DNA of 64,000 nt from Chitinophagales bacterium (GTDB lineage Bacteria; Bacteroidota; Bacteroidia; Chitinophagales; JABDMM01), in contig JABDMM010000128.1 in NCBI GenBank assembly GCA_013001465.1, positions 257 through 64,256 on the forward strand, given 5' to 3'. Position 1 is the stretch's first letter. Each line of letters opens with the position of its first letter. This document shows positions 1 to 9,461 of this stretch, piece by piece. The translations under genes were made by a program, and so were the position numbers. A model generated the notes under the pieces. It made no database searches. It saw only the letters and a program-made list of their open reading frames with translations, and was not told where the DNA came from.

Positions 1-378
1 GTCACCTTTTTTAAGTTCGATAAAATCTCTGCTGAACCAGGTGTTTTTTTGTTCCGCATCGATAACATTTTGCTTACAAACATCGATCATTTCATCTACG
101 ATATCAATTCCAACAACGCCTCCATTTTGCCTTGAGAAGTAAGCAAATTGCAGGAGCTCCATACCTCCGCCAATACCTACATACAAGACTTTAGGATTGT
201 TGACAAGATCTCTTGGATGCACGGTGCTGCCGCAGCCATAATTCATTTCGATCATCTTTTGTGGAATTTCTAATTCCGGAAGTTGCCATACTGGGTTGGT
301 GGTGCAACATAGGCCAATATCTGGACTTAATGCTGCTTTTTTATATACGTCGTAAGTAGTTTCTTTTAAACTGCTCAT
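1..378 (-). CDS. arsM: SAM-dependent arsenite methyltransferase (ArsM-like), N-terminal part; the gene continues past the left edge
   Basis: The open frame on the - strand runs off the window and is not in the ORF track because it has no stop. Translation is MSSLKETTYDVYKKAALSPDIGLCCTTNPVWQLPE...MNYGCGS...VLYVGIGGGMELLQFAYF (SAM motif I). The ATG at 378-376 overlaps the TGA of the upstream gene (ATGA). The context is ArsS plus a TIGR04282-like gene. Confidence 0.65.
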   Translation of the reverse strand, partial: MSSLKETTYDVYKKAALSPDIGLCCTTNPVWQLPELEIPQKMIEMNYGCGSTVHPRDLVNNPKVLYVGIGGGMELLQFAYFSRQNGGVVGIDIVDEMIDVCKQNVIDAEQKNTWFSRDFIELKKGD

Positions 379-989
379 GCGGTTGCCTTTTTCTTCAGTA
401 GTTCTTTATACTTTTTTAGATCTTCAAGTGTATCGACATCACTCAATTCTTGAAGCAGCAAATATTCATGCTGATTTGCTTTTAGTTTATCTATTGTTTT
501 TTCGAGAACAGACTCTGTACTCCACTCGATATCATGAAAAACATCCAGAGACTGTTTCATCCCTATAAGGTAGTATCCACCATCAGTAGCCGGACCCAAA
601 ACGCAATCCGTCCGGCTTAATTCAAAAAGTGCTCTTTCGACTGTTTTGGTATCCAATTCATAGCAGTCACTACCAACGATCACAGCTTGTTCATACCATT
701 GATCAAAGATGAGTTTAATAGCATTATCCATACGTTCTCCAAGATCTTTTCCATCCTGTAAAAACTTTTGATAATGTTCTTTTGGCCACATATCGTCTTC
801 GTCGATAAAATCGCTGTAGAAAATGAACTTATCGACGTTTACAGGATGTACAGTTTGAAAGGTCTTAATGAGCAGGTTTTTGTAAACTGTTAAAGCCGAC
901 TCGTCGCCAATATCCTCAGCCAATCTTGTCTTCACTTTAGAAAGTACAGGATTTTTTACAAAAATTATCAGTGCAGAATTTTCGATCAT
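375..989 (-). CDS. DUF2064 / TIGR04282-like 'glycosyltransferase', the rSAM-associated arsenosugar-cluster protein
   Basis: Motifs 'ALIIFVKNPVLSKVKTRL' and 'GPATDGGYYLIG' are typical of DUF2064. I place the start at the internal Met (MIENSALIIF, 989) rather than at 1049, because the longer ORF would overlap arsS by 50 nt. Confidence 0.7.
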   Translation of the reverse strand: MIENSALIIFVKNPVLSKVKTRLAEDIGDESALTVYKNLLIKTFQTVHPVNVDKFIFYSDFIDEDDMWPKEHYQKFLQDGKDLGERMDNAIKLIFDQWYEQAVIVGSDCYELDTKTVERALFELSRTDCVLGPATDGGYYLIGMKQSLDVFHDIEWSTESVLEKTIDKLKANQHEYLLLQELSDVDTLEDLKKYKELLKKKATA

Positions 990-999
990 TTTGATTTTT

Positions 1000-2046
1000 T
1001 TAGGTAACAGATCCACCACAACTCGAACCCGATCCTGCGGTGCAGCCAAAACAATGCCGGCCTACTTGAATTTCCCGTTGATCCAGAAATTCTGAATTAA
1101 AGTTGTTAAGATGCATGACTTTTCCATTTTGGATCTTCATATCCAGCATTTGATTAAAATCACAATCGTAAAGATAACCATCCCAACCAACAGAAATTGT
1201 ATTCCGACACATGACACCCACTGCAGCAGCTGGGTTGAATGCATCGATCAGTTTTTGCATGTAGGTTTCATAGTTTTGAGTTGCGATCAAATATTCCAAA
1301 AACCGACTCACCGGCAGGTTCGTAATATTAAAAAGACTGTTAAATTCTATGCTGAATTTCTCTTTCAAAGCTTTCTTAAAATCTCTTTCCAGTTGTTCCT
1401 GTGGTGCTGGTAAAAAAGCACCGGAAGGATTATATACAAGATTAAGTATCAACCCACTTCCTTCAATTCCATAACCGATCCCATTTAGCATTTGAAGCGC
1501 TTTGATCGATTTGTCAAATACTCCATTCCCTCGCTGTGCATCGGTTCTCGAGGCATCGTAGAATGGGAGAGAGGAGACTACTTCAATCTGATGTTTTTTA
1601 AAGAACTCCGGTAGATCGTAATAATTTCGGTTATGGAGAATGATGGTTAGGTTGCATCTAACAACGATATGCTTGTCCAGCTTTTTGATCTCTTCCACGA
1701 ACCATCTAAAGTCGGGATTCATTTCCGGGGCACCTCCAGTTAGATCGACTGTTTTAGCATTTGACTGCTCGATAGCTTTCAGACATAACTGCATGGTATC
1801 CCGGGTCATTATTTCTTTTCTGTCGGGCCCAGCATCCACATGACAGTGTTTGCATACCTGGTTGCACATCTTTCCAACGTTCACCTGAAAGATTTCAACA
1901 CCTACAGCATGCAATGTTTTTAACCCAATTTCCTCCAAAGAGGATTGAAAAGACTTTAGTTCGGATTTTTTATTCTCGAGCAGCTTGATCTGGTTCGATG
2001 GTTCCGATAATGGATTTTTTCTTTTTGCCAGTGATTTGACCGCCAT
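1000..2046 (-). CDS. arsS: Radical SAM / Cys-rich C-terminal domain protein, arsenosugar biosynthesis ArsS family (Cys form)
   Basis: CxxxCxxC motif 'CNQVCKHC'. Cys-rich tail '...RHCFGCTAGSGSSCGGSVT' is typical of the TIGR04167 family. The gene is flanked by ArsM, DUF2064 and AhpD-like genes. Confidence 0.8.
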   Translation of the reverse strand: MAVKSLAKRKNPLSEPSNQIKLLENKKSELKSFQSSLEEIGLKTLHAVGVEIFQVNVGKMCNQVCKHCHVDAGPDRKEIMTRDTMQLCLKAIEQSNAKTVDLTGGAPEMNPDFRWFVEEIKKLDKHIVVRCNLTIILHNRNYYDLPEFFKKHQIEVVSSLPFYDASRTDAQRGNGVFDKSIKALQMLNGIGYGIEGSGLILNLVYNPSGAFLPAPQEQLERDFKKALKEKFSIEFNSLFNITNLPVSRFLEYLIATQNYETYMQKLIDAFNPAAAVGVMCRNTISVGWDGYLYDCDFNQMLDMKIQNGKVMHLNNFNSEFLDQREIQVGRHCFGCTAGSGSSCGGSVT

Positions 2047-2049
2047 CGT

Positions 2050-2385
2050 TTACATGCTTATTTCTTTCGCTTTATTCATCATTTGAACGCTTGTTACGAG
2101 CTTTGTTCCTGCAGACATCGCCGATGCAACATGCACGGCTTCCATCATTTCTTCATTACTAACCCCTTTCTCTATAAGATCTGTTGTGTATGCATCGATA
2201 CAATATGGACATTGAGCGACATGTGATACCGCCAAGGCTATAAGTGATTTTTCCCTCGCGGTTAATGCACCTTCTTTGAAGACTGAGTTATAGTATTCGA
2301 AGAATTTGTCTGCGTACTCTTTTTGAAACTCACCGATCTTACCAAATTTCCTGAGGTCAGCCGGATCGAAATAGGTATTTGCCAT
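2050..2385 (-). CDS. AhpD/carboxymuconolactone-decarboxylase-like protein (arsenosugar-associated peroxidase-like protein)
   Basis: 111 aa with the 'CPYC' redox motif in 'SHVAQCPYCIDAY'. It lies 3 nt downstream of arsS. Confidence 0.7.
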   Translation of the reverse strand: MANTYFDPADLRKFGKIGEFQKEYADKFFEYYNSVFKEGALTAREKSLIALAVSHVAQCPYCIDAYTTDLIEKGVSNEEMMEAVHVASAMSAGTKLVTSVQMMNKAKEISM

Positions 2386-2390
2386 CTGTA

Positions 2391-3113
2391 TTATTCTATT
2401 GAGTTTAAATTCCAGTTATATTCTTTAAAGTTGATCTGTAAACCTTTTGGTAGATCATCTTTTCTGTAAATATTGATAAATGCAATGATATCCGCTTTTC
2501 CGTTAACCAGATAATCTTCCTTATACCATTCAAATAACTTCGAAAGCGAAACGCTGTTGCCATCTGCAGCTAATTCCACAAACGTATCGCTATGCACAAC
2601 ACGATGCGTTTGTTCTTTTAAAAGGTCTTCAACATTAGATTCATTGTATGCCCTCGATAATAATGGCGGGCAACCCTGTGCTGCACATACCAAAGCAAAA
2701 TGAGTTCTGGCGTCTCTATATCGCGGTCTGATGATCTCATTTTCCAACTTGCTTAAAGTTACCGGGATTCCTTCTACTAAATGCTCCTTTTGATTGAATA
2801 TTCCTTCAATGTCCAAAGGGGATTTAACCGGAAAATGATCAGAAACAGCTTTTATAATTAGAATGTTGTAAGCGTTTATATAAAAAGCTTTTTGTTTAGA
2901 TTCTGATATTCCATTAAGATCGGCTTTACCGATAGCGTCTACGAGTTCATCGATCAACTTAGGAGAAGCTTTCACCGAGGCATAATCAACTTGCCCGTCT
3001 ACAACATATGTCTTGAAAAACTTATCAGCATTCAGAAAAAAGGAGTTTAAACTTGAAGCTGAGACTTGATTCAGATTAAGGCTTAACAAAATGGCAATTA
3101 ACATGGTCTTCAT
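2391..3113 (-). CDS. DUF547 domain protein with signal peptide
   Basis: Motifs 'KAFYINAYNILIIK' and 'THFALVCAAQGCPPL' match the conserved DUF547 blocks. The N-terminus is hydrophobic. Confidence 0.7.
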   Translation of the reverse strand: MKTMLIAILLSLNLNQVSASSLNSFFLNADKFFKTYVVDGQVDYASVKASPKLIDELVDAIGKADLNGISESKQKAFYINAYNILIIKAVSDHFPVKSPLDIEGIFNQKEHLVEGIPVTLSKLENEIIRPRYRDARTHFALVCAAQGCPPLLSRAYNESNVEDLLKEQTHRVVHSDTFVELAADGNSVSLSKLFEWYKEDYLVNGKADIIAFINIYRKDDLPKGLQINFKEYNWNLNSIE

Positions 3114-3121
3114 AAGTGTTT

Positions 3122-4429
3122 TTAACTATTTAAATAAACGTTTGGTTCTTTCAATCTCTTAATATCTATGAAAATGACGATCATGAGGAGGATATACTCG
3201 GTGAAGATCACTGCCATAGGTAGATATGGAGGATCGAATTTATAAGCCATATAAGTAAAGAATATAAGTAAACTCCAGATCAAAGGAAACTTCAAATTGC
3301 AAATGACAGCTGCGGCTACTACCATCGATATATACCATGGGTGAATAGTGGTCGAAAAAAGAAAAAAGATCAACCATGAAAAACAGATCACCAGACCGAT
3401 AGATCTGAGATCTGATCTCTTTGTTAAAAACTGAAGTATCAAGATCAACACAATGGTTATGATAGGTAATAGTATTTTCAATTCCAGAAAGAGGTCATAT
3501 AGATTCATATAAGAAAACAGCCATTTGATGATTCCATAAATACTCGCGTTGAACTCAAAATAATCGTAGTAAAGAAACAGACTGTTTTGGATCGAGGAAA
3601 TATCAGAGACGTAAGGCAAGTGAAGTAGAATTATGGTTGCCAGGCAGCCTGCACCACCAATGAGAATTTTTTTTGGTTTTAAGCTAAACAGTAAATAGGG
3701 TATGAGGATCAAAGGTGTGATCTTACTGGCAATGGCGAGACCGAGAATAACTCCAGCCAGAAAATACCTTTTCTTCAGCATCAATAAAATAGCTGCCATT
3801 AAAAAACAGATGGCAAGTGCATCAAAATGAATATTACCGGAGAGCTCCAGAATGATAAGCGGATTTAAAGCATATATCAGAACATTGTTGGTATTGAGCT
3901 TTAAATATTTAACCAGTTTGAACATTGTAAATATTGTTAAGCACTCGGATACCCATATGATAAATTTTAAAGCGAAAACAGCTTTTAACGATCCAGGGAA
4001 TATTGCCGCTGCTACGAAAGCGGTGTACTGACAAACCGCAGGGTATACGGTAAAGAATCCCGGAGAATTTAGATCAGGATAGATCTTTTCCATCCAATCC
4101 TGATAACGGTTTTCATAGATGAATTCCGGGGTGTATGCGAAAGGATTGAACCCATTTAGCTGAAGGTTCCCGTCCCAAATGAAGCGCAAGTAGTCATCCG
4201 ATAGATTTGGTTCCAAAAATATGAGGATAAAACGGAGAAGAATTCCAGTACCAATCAATGCGTAGATCTTGAAACTGGATTTCCTGTCATTGAAGAAGAG
4301 TATCAAAAATGCAGCGAAACAAACGGAATATGATAGCATTAATAAATCGGTGTCCGTTCTTTGTGTGATCTGTGCGAAGAGCAGAGATATGATGAAAATG
4401 ATCACAGAAAAAGCAGAAATTGCTTTCAT
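3122..4429 (-). CDS. Polytopic membrane protein, GT-C-type (DUF2029/mannosyltransferase-like) glycosyltransferase
   Basis: 435 aa with more than 10 predicted TM helices and an early 'DDYLRFIWDG' loop of the acidic GT-C type. It is adjacent to GT2 genes. Confidence 0.5.
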   Translation of the reverse strand: MKAISAFSVIIFIISLLFAQITQRTDTDLLMLSYSVCFAAFLILFFNDRKSSFKIYALIGTGILLRFILIFLEPNLSDDYLRFIWDGNLQLNGFNPFAYTPEFIYENRYQDWMEKIYPDLNSPGFFTVYPAVCQYTAFVAAAIFPGSLKAVFALKFIIWVSECLTIFTMFKLVKYLKLNTNNVLIYALNPLIILELSGNIHFDALAICFLMAAILLMLKKRYFLAGVILGLAIASKITPLILIPYLLFSLKPKKILIGGAGCLATIILLHLPYVSDISSIQNSLFLYYDYFEFNASIYGIIKWLFSYMNLYDLFLELKILLPIITIVLILILQFLTKRSDLRSIGLVICFSWLIFFLFSTTIHPWYISMVVAAAVICNLKFPLIWSLLIFFTYMAYKFDPPYLPMAVIFTEYILLMIVIFIDIKRLKEPNVYLNS

Positions 4430-4431
4430 GC

Positions 4432-5931
4432 TCAGCGTTGCATTCGTGTTAAAACAAAGTGGTAGATAGAAGCCCCAAAGATCGATGCAAAGCCTAAAAA
4501 CAACATAATATGAAAAGGAAGTAAACCGAAATCTTTGATCTTAAAAGCATACAGGATGGCTCCCAGAAAGTAAAATGTTAAGATACCCTCGAGAATGGTC
4601 GTGACTTCAATTTTCTGTTTTAGGTATTTGTTTTTCTTCCAGCTGTCAGAAATTGACTTGATATCAAACTTTGGCGTTCTTATAAATGGTGATCTTTTAC
4701 CAATAAGTCCTTTCACAACTGCAATTGAATTGTGGAGAGATAAGCCCATAGAAAAACAGAGGAATGTTGGAAACATAGTCAGAAAATACACTAGATTCTG
4801 CTTTTTACTTTTATTCCTGATCTCAAGTGAATTGACGTAAAAGAATATCAATATCAGAAAAGCGACAAGGAAGGATGACCCGGCAATGAATAATGGTTTC
4901 CATTCCGGGTAGGTATTTTTTATCATGATGGCCGGAAAACTCAGTATTGCTGTAAGTAGCACAAATATGAAGATGGTAGAGTTCAATAGGTGAGCTATTC
5001 CATGAAATTTCTGACCCCAGGATATTTTCGAGGACATAAGATTTTTGATATGTTTTTTGGCGGTTTCTGCACCTCCTTTTGTCCATCTATATTGTTGAGA
5101 TTTGATTGCACTCATAACTGCAGGCAGCTCTGCAGGGGCTACAACATCTTCAAGGAATAAAAATTTCCAACCTTTCATTTGGGTTCTGTAGCTAAGGTCG
5201 AGGTCTTCGGTAAGTGTATCTGCTTCCCAGCCGCCACCGTCATAAATGGCGGATTTTCTCCAAACACCGGCTGTTCCGTTAAAATTCATAAAGTATCCTC
5301 TGCTATTCCTACCCGCTTGCTCAACTGAAAAGTGAGCATTCAAATGAAAGGCTAGTGCTTTTGTAAAAATGCTATAGTCTTCGTTTATATGCCCCCAGCG
5401 TGTTTGAACCATCCCAATTGATTTGTCCTGAAAGCTAGGGATAGTCTTTTTTAAAAAATCTTTTTCCGGGAGAAAGTCGGCATCAAAGATCGCGACGAAT
5501 TCACCTTTAGATCTCTCCAACCCATACTGCAGTGCACCGGCTTTAAATCCAGTCCTTTTAGGTCTGCGAATATGCTTGATATCTATACCTCTGGCGGCTA
5601 TTTCTTTACATTTAGCTTCTGCAATGGCGAAGGATTCATCTGTTGAATCGTCCAGAACCTGTATCTCAAGCTTATCACGTGGGTAATCAAATTCAGAGAC
5701 CTTTTCGAGCAGTCTTTCGGTTACATATAACTCGTTATAAAGGGGAAGTTGAACTGTTGCCGTAGGAAGTTGGTCTTCTGCTAATATTGATCTATAAGTT
5801 CCGTTGCTTCCTTTTTTCTTTCTGGATCTTCTGTACACATAGGTGAGGTGGAGCTGGATAAAACTGTAGACTAGAATGAAGGTCAGGCTGAATGCGTAAA
5901 GAAAGAGTATTGAGATTACGATAACTTTCAT
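4432..5931 (-). CDS. Membrane-bound processive family-2 glycosyltransferase (cellulose/chitin/glucomannan-synthase-like)
   Basis: N-terminal TM helix, 'DDSTD', 'DADF', 'TEDLDLS', a 'QQYRW' (QxxRW) motif and C-terminal TM helices. Confidence 0.75.
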   Translation of the reverse strand: MKVIVISILFLYAFSLTFILVYSFIQLHLTYVYRRSRKKKGSNGTYRSILAEDQLPTATVQLPLYNELYVTERLLEKVSEFDYPRDKLEIQVLDDSTDESFAIAEAKCKEIAARGIDIKHIRRPKRTGFKAGALQYGLERSKGEFVAIFDADFLPEKDFLKKTIPSFQDKSIGMVQTRWGHINEDYSIFTKALAFHLNAHFSVEQAGRNSRGYFMNFNGTAGVWRKSAIYDGGGWEADTLTEDLDLSYRTQMKGWKFLFLEDVVAPAELPAVMSAIKSQQYRWTKGGAETAKKHIKNLMSSKISWGQKFHGIAHLLNSTIFIFVLLTAILSFPAIMIKNTYPEWKPLFIAGSSFLVAFLILIFFYVNSLEIRNKSKKQNLVYFLTMFPTFLCFSMGLSLHNSIAVVKGLIGKRSPFIRTPKFDIKSISDSWKKNKYLKQKIEVTTILEGILTFYFLGAILYAFKIKDFGLLPFHIMLFLGFASIFGASIYHFVLTRMQR

Positions 5932-5934
5932 TAT

Positions 5935-6627
5935 TCAGACTGCATGTTTTATAATAGTAGTTATGATCTTATAACCGGCGAGGATAGTGCCTTTGAAAGT
6001 GCCACTCACTTTAGAAACACCAATTCTCTCTCTATAACGCACCGGAATCTCGGTAACATTTAACTTTTGTTTTAAAGCTTTAACCTGCATTTCAACAGTC
6101 CAGCCATAAGTTTTGTCGGTCATTTGTAGCTGGAGGAGCTTGCCTACTTTGATCGCTCTGAACGGACCGAGATCGGTAAACTCATACCCATAAATGAATT
6201 TCATCATTTTCGTAGCTAACCAATTTCCGAAGATCTGTTGTGGAGTCATAGAATTCTTTGCCCGTCCTGCTTTATTCCGCGCACCTATCACAAGATCGTA
6301 TTCATTATGAGTTATAGGGTCGATCAATTGGATCATATCTTCCGGATAGTCAGAAAAATCGCCGTCCAAAAATACTACAATATCTTTATGGCTTGTATTT
6401 AGCTTAGTAATTAAATGATCTATCCCTTTTAAACAAGCATTGCCATACCCCTTTTTTTCTTCGTATAGAACAATAGCTCCTGCATTGCGAGCATTTTGCG
6501 ATGTGTTATCCGAAGAAGCATTGTCAACAACAATGATTTCTTTTACAAATTGAGGAATGGCCTCAATGACTTTTACGATGGACTCTTCCTCATCGAGTGC
6601 CGGAATAATTACATATACCTCGTTCAT
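5935..6627 (-). CDS. Small soluble family-2 glycosyltransferase (Dpm1/polyprenol-phosphate glycosyltransferase-like)
   Basis: Motifs 'VIIPALDEEESI', 'VVDNASSDNT' and 'FLDGDFSD'. 230 aa. Confidence 0.7.
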   Translation of the reverse strand: MNEVYVIIPALDEEESIVKVIEAIPQFVKEIIVVDNASSDNTSQNARNAGAIVLYEEKKGYGNACLKGIDHLITKLNTSHKDIVVFLDGDFSDYPEDMIQLIDPITHNEYDLVIGARNKAGRAKNSMTPQQIFGNWLATKMMKFIYGYEFTDLGPFRAIKVGKLLQLQMTDKTYGWTVEMQVKALKQKLNVTEIPVRYRERIGVSKVSGTFKGTILAGYKIITTIIKHAV

Positions 6628-8045
6628 TATTTGATTCCAGTGAATTCAGGCATTTCTAATTTTCTACTATCCTGAGGACCATTTTCAAGTTTTAAAACAC
6701 CTCGCGGACATACCGCAGCACAGATACCACACCCAACACAAGAAGCACGTACTACATCCTGGCCTCGCTGTGCGTACCATCTTACATCGATACCCATTTC
6801 ACAATAAGTTGAACAATTTCCACATGAAATACACTGAGAACCATTTGTTGTGATCCTGAATTTCGAGAAATACTTTTGTTGAATACCTAGAATAGCAGCC
6901 ATCGGGCATCCAAAGCGACACCAAACCCTACTACCCATCAAAGGATAGAATCCAACACCAATTACTCCTGCGAAGATAGAACCGATAAGGAAACCGTAAA
7001 CTTTTCTAACCCAGTAGGTATCAACACCGAGAAATTTTCCGCTTCCGGAAAAGTAGGTATATAGCGTAAGAATAGTCATGATCACTACTATAACAAGGAC
7101 TAAATGGATCATCCATCGCTCGATCTTCCATGCTTTAAGTGATTTATCTGAAAGGTGCCTGAAGGGATCACCTGCTGTTTCTGCAAGTCCGCCACAACCG
7201 CAAACCCATGAACAATACCAACGTTTTCCAAAAAAGAAAGCAAGGATCGGGGAGACAACAAAGATCATGAGCAAACCCCAAACCAGCATCATCAATCCGA
7301 TCAAACCGGATTTCTCATTCATGATAGTAGACAGATCCATACTTTGTTTAAACCCGGGATCGATCATCTTATCCAGATTGTAGCTATCGAAAAAGTAATA
7401 GTTCAATGGCCACATATTTTTCCAGTCATAGTAAGGTAAGGATTCATTCAACGTATACATGATCTCGGGTAACATAAATGCAAATCCAAACTGGAAGAAC
7501 ATCACCGAGATCGTTCGAAATATCTGATAACTGTTATGGCGGTATTTCATTATGAATTTTACACCCATGATGAGGATTGCAAAGGTGTACAAGACTCCAT
7601 ATACAAACCATTGACTAGCCGCTTCACCTTTGATCATATAGCTTATAGGATCAAACATTTTGATGAGCGATATATTTGCACCATCTGGATTATAGCCAAG
7701 AAGTGAAGGGAAAAAGTAAAGACAAACATAGAATGCGGTGATAAGAATACCCGTGATCCAGCCAATGGTCCCTCTGTTAGTCAGACTATTAAACCAGAGG
7801 TTATTGTTTTTAATCCCGTCCGGATGGTGAGCATATGTTTCATAAGTGAACCATAGCGTTCCGATAGTCATCAATGTAAGCGACGGCCAAAGAAAGTTTG
7901 ATGTATTGAATAAATTACCTGAGAGCCAGGCCAGAAAGATCAGGAAAACGCCTACTACTGCAAGTCCAAGACTTATTCTTTGTCTGGCCGTCAGAGTCGC
8001 TCCATCAGAGTTAGCTATTGATAGGCTGTTTGTCGAGTTTCCCAT
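6627..8045 (-). CDS. Polytopic membrane 4Fe-4S protein (NapH/NosR-like)
   Basis: Multiple TM helices. CX3C(P/G) motifs 'CSWVCG' and 'CRFGCP'. Two ferredoxin motifs, 'CISCGNCSTYC' and 'CVGCGICAAVCP'. Confidence 0.7.
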   Translation of the reverse strand: MGNSTNSLSIANSDGATLTARQRISLGLAVVGVFLIFLAWLSGNLFNTSNFLWPSLTLMTIGTLWFTYETYAHHPDGIKNNNLWFNSLTNRGTIGWITGILITAFYVCLYFFPSLLGYNPDGANISLIKMFDPISYMIKGEAASQWFVYGVLYTFAILIMGVKFIMKYRHNSYQIFRTISVMFFQFGFAFMLPEIMYTLNESLPYYDWKNMWPLNYYFFDSYNLDKMIDPGFKQSMDLSTIMNEKSGLIGLMMLVWGLLMIFVVSPILAFFFGKRWYCSWVCGCGGLAETAGDPFRHLSDKSLKAWKIERWMIHLVLVIVVIMTILTLYTYFSGSGKFLGVDTYWVRKVYGFLIGSIFAGVIGVGFYPLMGSRVWCRFGCPMAAILGIQQKYFSKFRITTNGSQCISCGNCSTYCEMGIDVRWYAQRGQDVVRASCVGCGICAAVCPRGVLKLENGPQDSRKLEMPEFTGIK

Positions 8046-8047
8046 GA

Positions 8048-9388
8048 TCAGGTATTTATCAGGTTTAAAAATGCTGAGAACCCTCTTTTTTTCAGTTTTA
8101 AATTTGCATTGAACTCTTCATTATACTTTTTGATCAGTTTCTTTTCGTATGATCGATAGAATTCGGGATCAAAACTACTCGCTCCAAGATTTTCGATCAC
8201 ATAATCCATGGTGCGTTTCTCTTTTAACCATTTATGAAAAAGATCGTGCCGTGCTCGTATTCCAAACAAGTTGATGCCTTTTAGCTCTGTTGTATCTTTA
8301 TTATATACAAAATGAACACAGCGTTTACCGTCGTCATCCTCCCAATAGAATGAGTTTTCATCCGCTTTATTCTTGGGATATACCGTTCCATATGTCTGAT
8401 ATTCTATATCAAGAAATTTAGCGGAATTGAACCACGGGCCAGGATTATATTGGTCATCGTTATTGTCTGCAATATTTTTTCCAAGAATTTCACCATGCAT
8501 TTTGCCTGTGTACCAAACCTGCTCAATGTTCCTGCGCCCCGGCGGAGGGTCTCTAAACTCCGCACAATCTCCAATTGCATAAATATCAGGAATATTGGTT
8601 TCGAATCTTTTATTGATTAAGATTCCACGCTTTGTTTCAATGCTCGAATTCGATAACCAGCTAATGTTCGGACTTACACCTGCTGTGAGACAAACGAGCT
8701 GTGTGTTTACTAATTCACCGGATTTAGTTTTAACTGCTTTGACGCGCCCGTTTTCATCCGGAAGAATTTTATCCAGCTCTTCTCCGAGTCGCAGGTCAAA
8801 TCCATGCTCTCGTATATGTCGGCTTATCAAATCCGATTCTCCTGGTGGTAAAACATTATCCCAATAGCTTTTTTCTCTCACAAGTAGAGTGGTGGGTATT
8901 TTTCTTGACTGAAGCATTTCTGCTAATTCGATTCCGATTAGGCCTCCTCCCACGATCACCGCTCTGTCAACCTTTCTGTTCGTGTTTTGCTCCAACTGTT
9001 GCAAGTCTTGATAAGAGTAAAGCGATTGCACACCATCAAGGTCCTGTCCATGCCATCCGAATAAATTTGATCGTGAACCGCATGCTATGATCAGTTTATC
9101 ATAATTTATTCTGAAGCCATTGGATCTTACAAGCTGTTTATTATCCGTGTCGACTTCGGTAATCCAATCGCGAAGCAGATCAATGCGATTTTTTTCCCAA
9201 AACCAGTCTTCATAAGGCTTTGTATGATGGTATTCCATATGCCCCATATAGATATACATGAGCGCTGTACGTGAGAAAAAGTAATCTGTCTCTCCGGAAA
9301 CTAACAGGATCTCATGATCAGAACGTTTTCTGATATGTCTTGCTGCTGTGACTCCGCTGATCCCGTTTCCAATGATCACGATCTTCAT
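8048..9388 (-). CDS. FAD/NAD(P)-dependent pyridine-nucleotide-disulfide-type oxidoreductase
   Basis: Two Rossmann motifs, 'KIVIIGNGISGVTAA' and 'RAVIVGGGLIGIELAE', plus 'IYAIGDCAE'. Confidence 0.75.
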   Translation of the reverse strand: MKIVIIGNGISGVTAARHIRKRSDHEILLVSGETDYFFSRTALMYIYMGHMEYHHTKPYEDWFWEKNRIDLLRDWITEVDTDNKQLVRSNGFRINYDKLIIACGSRSNLFGWHGQDLDGVQSLYSYQDLQQLEQNTNRKVDRAVIVGGGLIGIELAEMLQSRKIPTTLLVREKSYWDNVLPPGESDLISRHIREHGFDLRLGEELDKILPDENGRVKAVKTKSGELVNTQLVCLTAGVSPNISWLSNSSIETKRGILINKRFETNIPDIYAIGDCAEFRDPPPGRRNIEQVWYTGKMHGEILGKNIADNNDDQYNPGPWFNSAKFLDIEYQTYGTVYPKNKADENSFYWEDDDGKRCVHFVYNKDTTELKGINLFGIRARHDLFHKWLKEKRTMDYVIENLGASSFDPEFYRSYEKKLIKKYNEEFNANLKLKKRGFSAFLNLINT

Positions 9389-9461
9389 CCGCTTAACATT
9401 TTATGGAGTTCATTCATAGGTTGTATGAAGATATTTAAACCAGATCAACAGATGAAACCAT

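Noticed and set aside
990-1049. 5' extension of the DUF2064 ORF (start at 1049), overlapping arsS by 50 nt
   Set aside because: The extension 'MAAPQDRVRVVVDLLPKKIK' is read from the antisense-shifted arsS tail. The family N-terminus ('ALIIFVKNP') begins right after the internal Met at 989, which leaves a 10-nt gap to arsS.
1000-2385. Possible selenocysteine recoding in ArsS and the AhpD-like protein, since both families have selenoprotein members
   Set aside because: The relevant positions are ordinary TGT Cys codons ('SSCGG' in ArsS, 'CPYC' in the AhpD-like protein). ArsS ends with TAA, and no in-frame TGA is followed by a continued reading frame.
4823-5086. 87-aa same-strand ORF inside the processive GT2 gene
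   Set aside because: It is an out-of-frame overlap with a gene that has continuous GT2 motifs, and there is no evidence of a frameshift.
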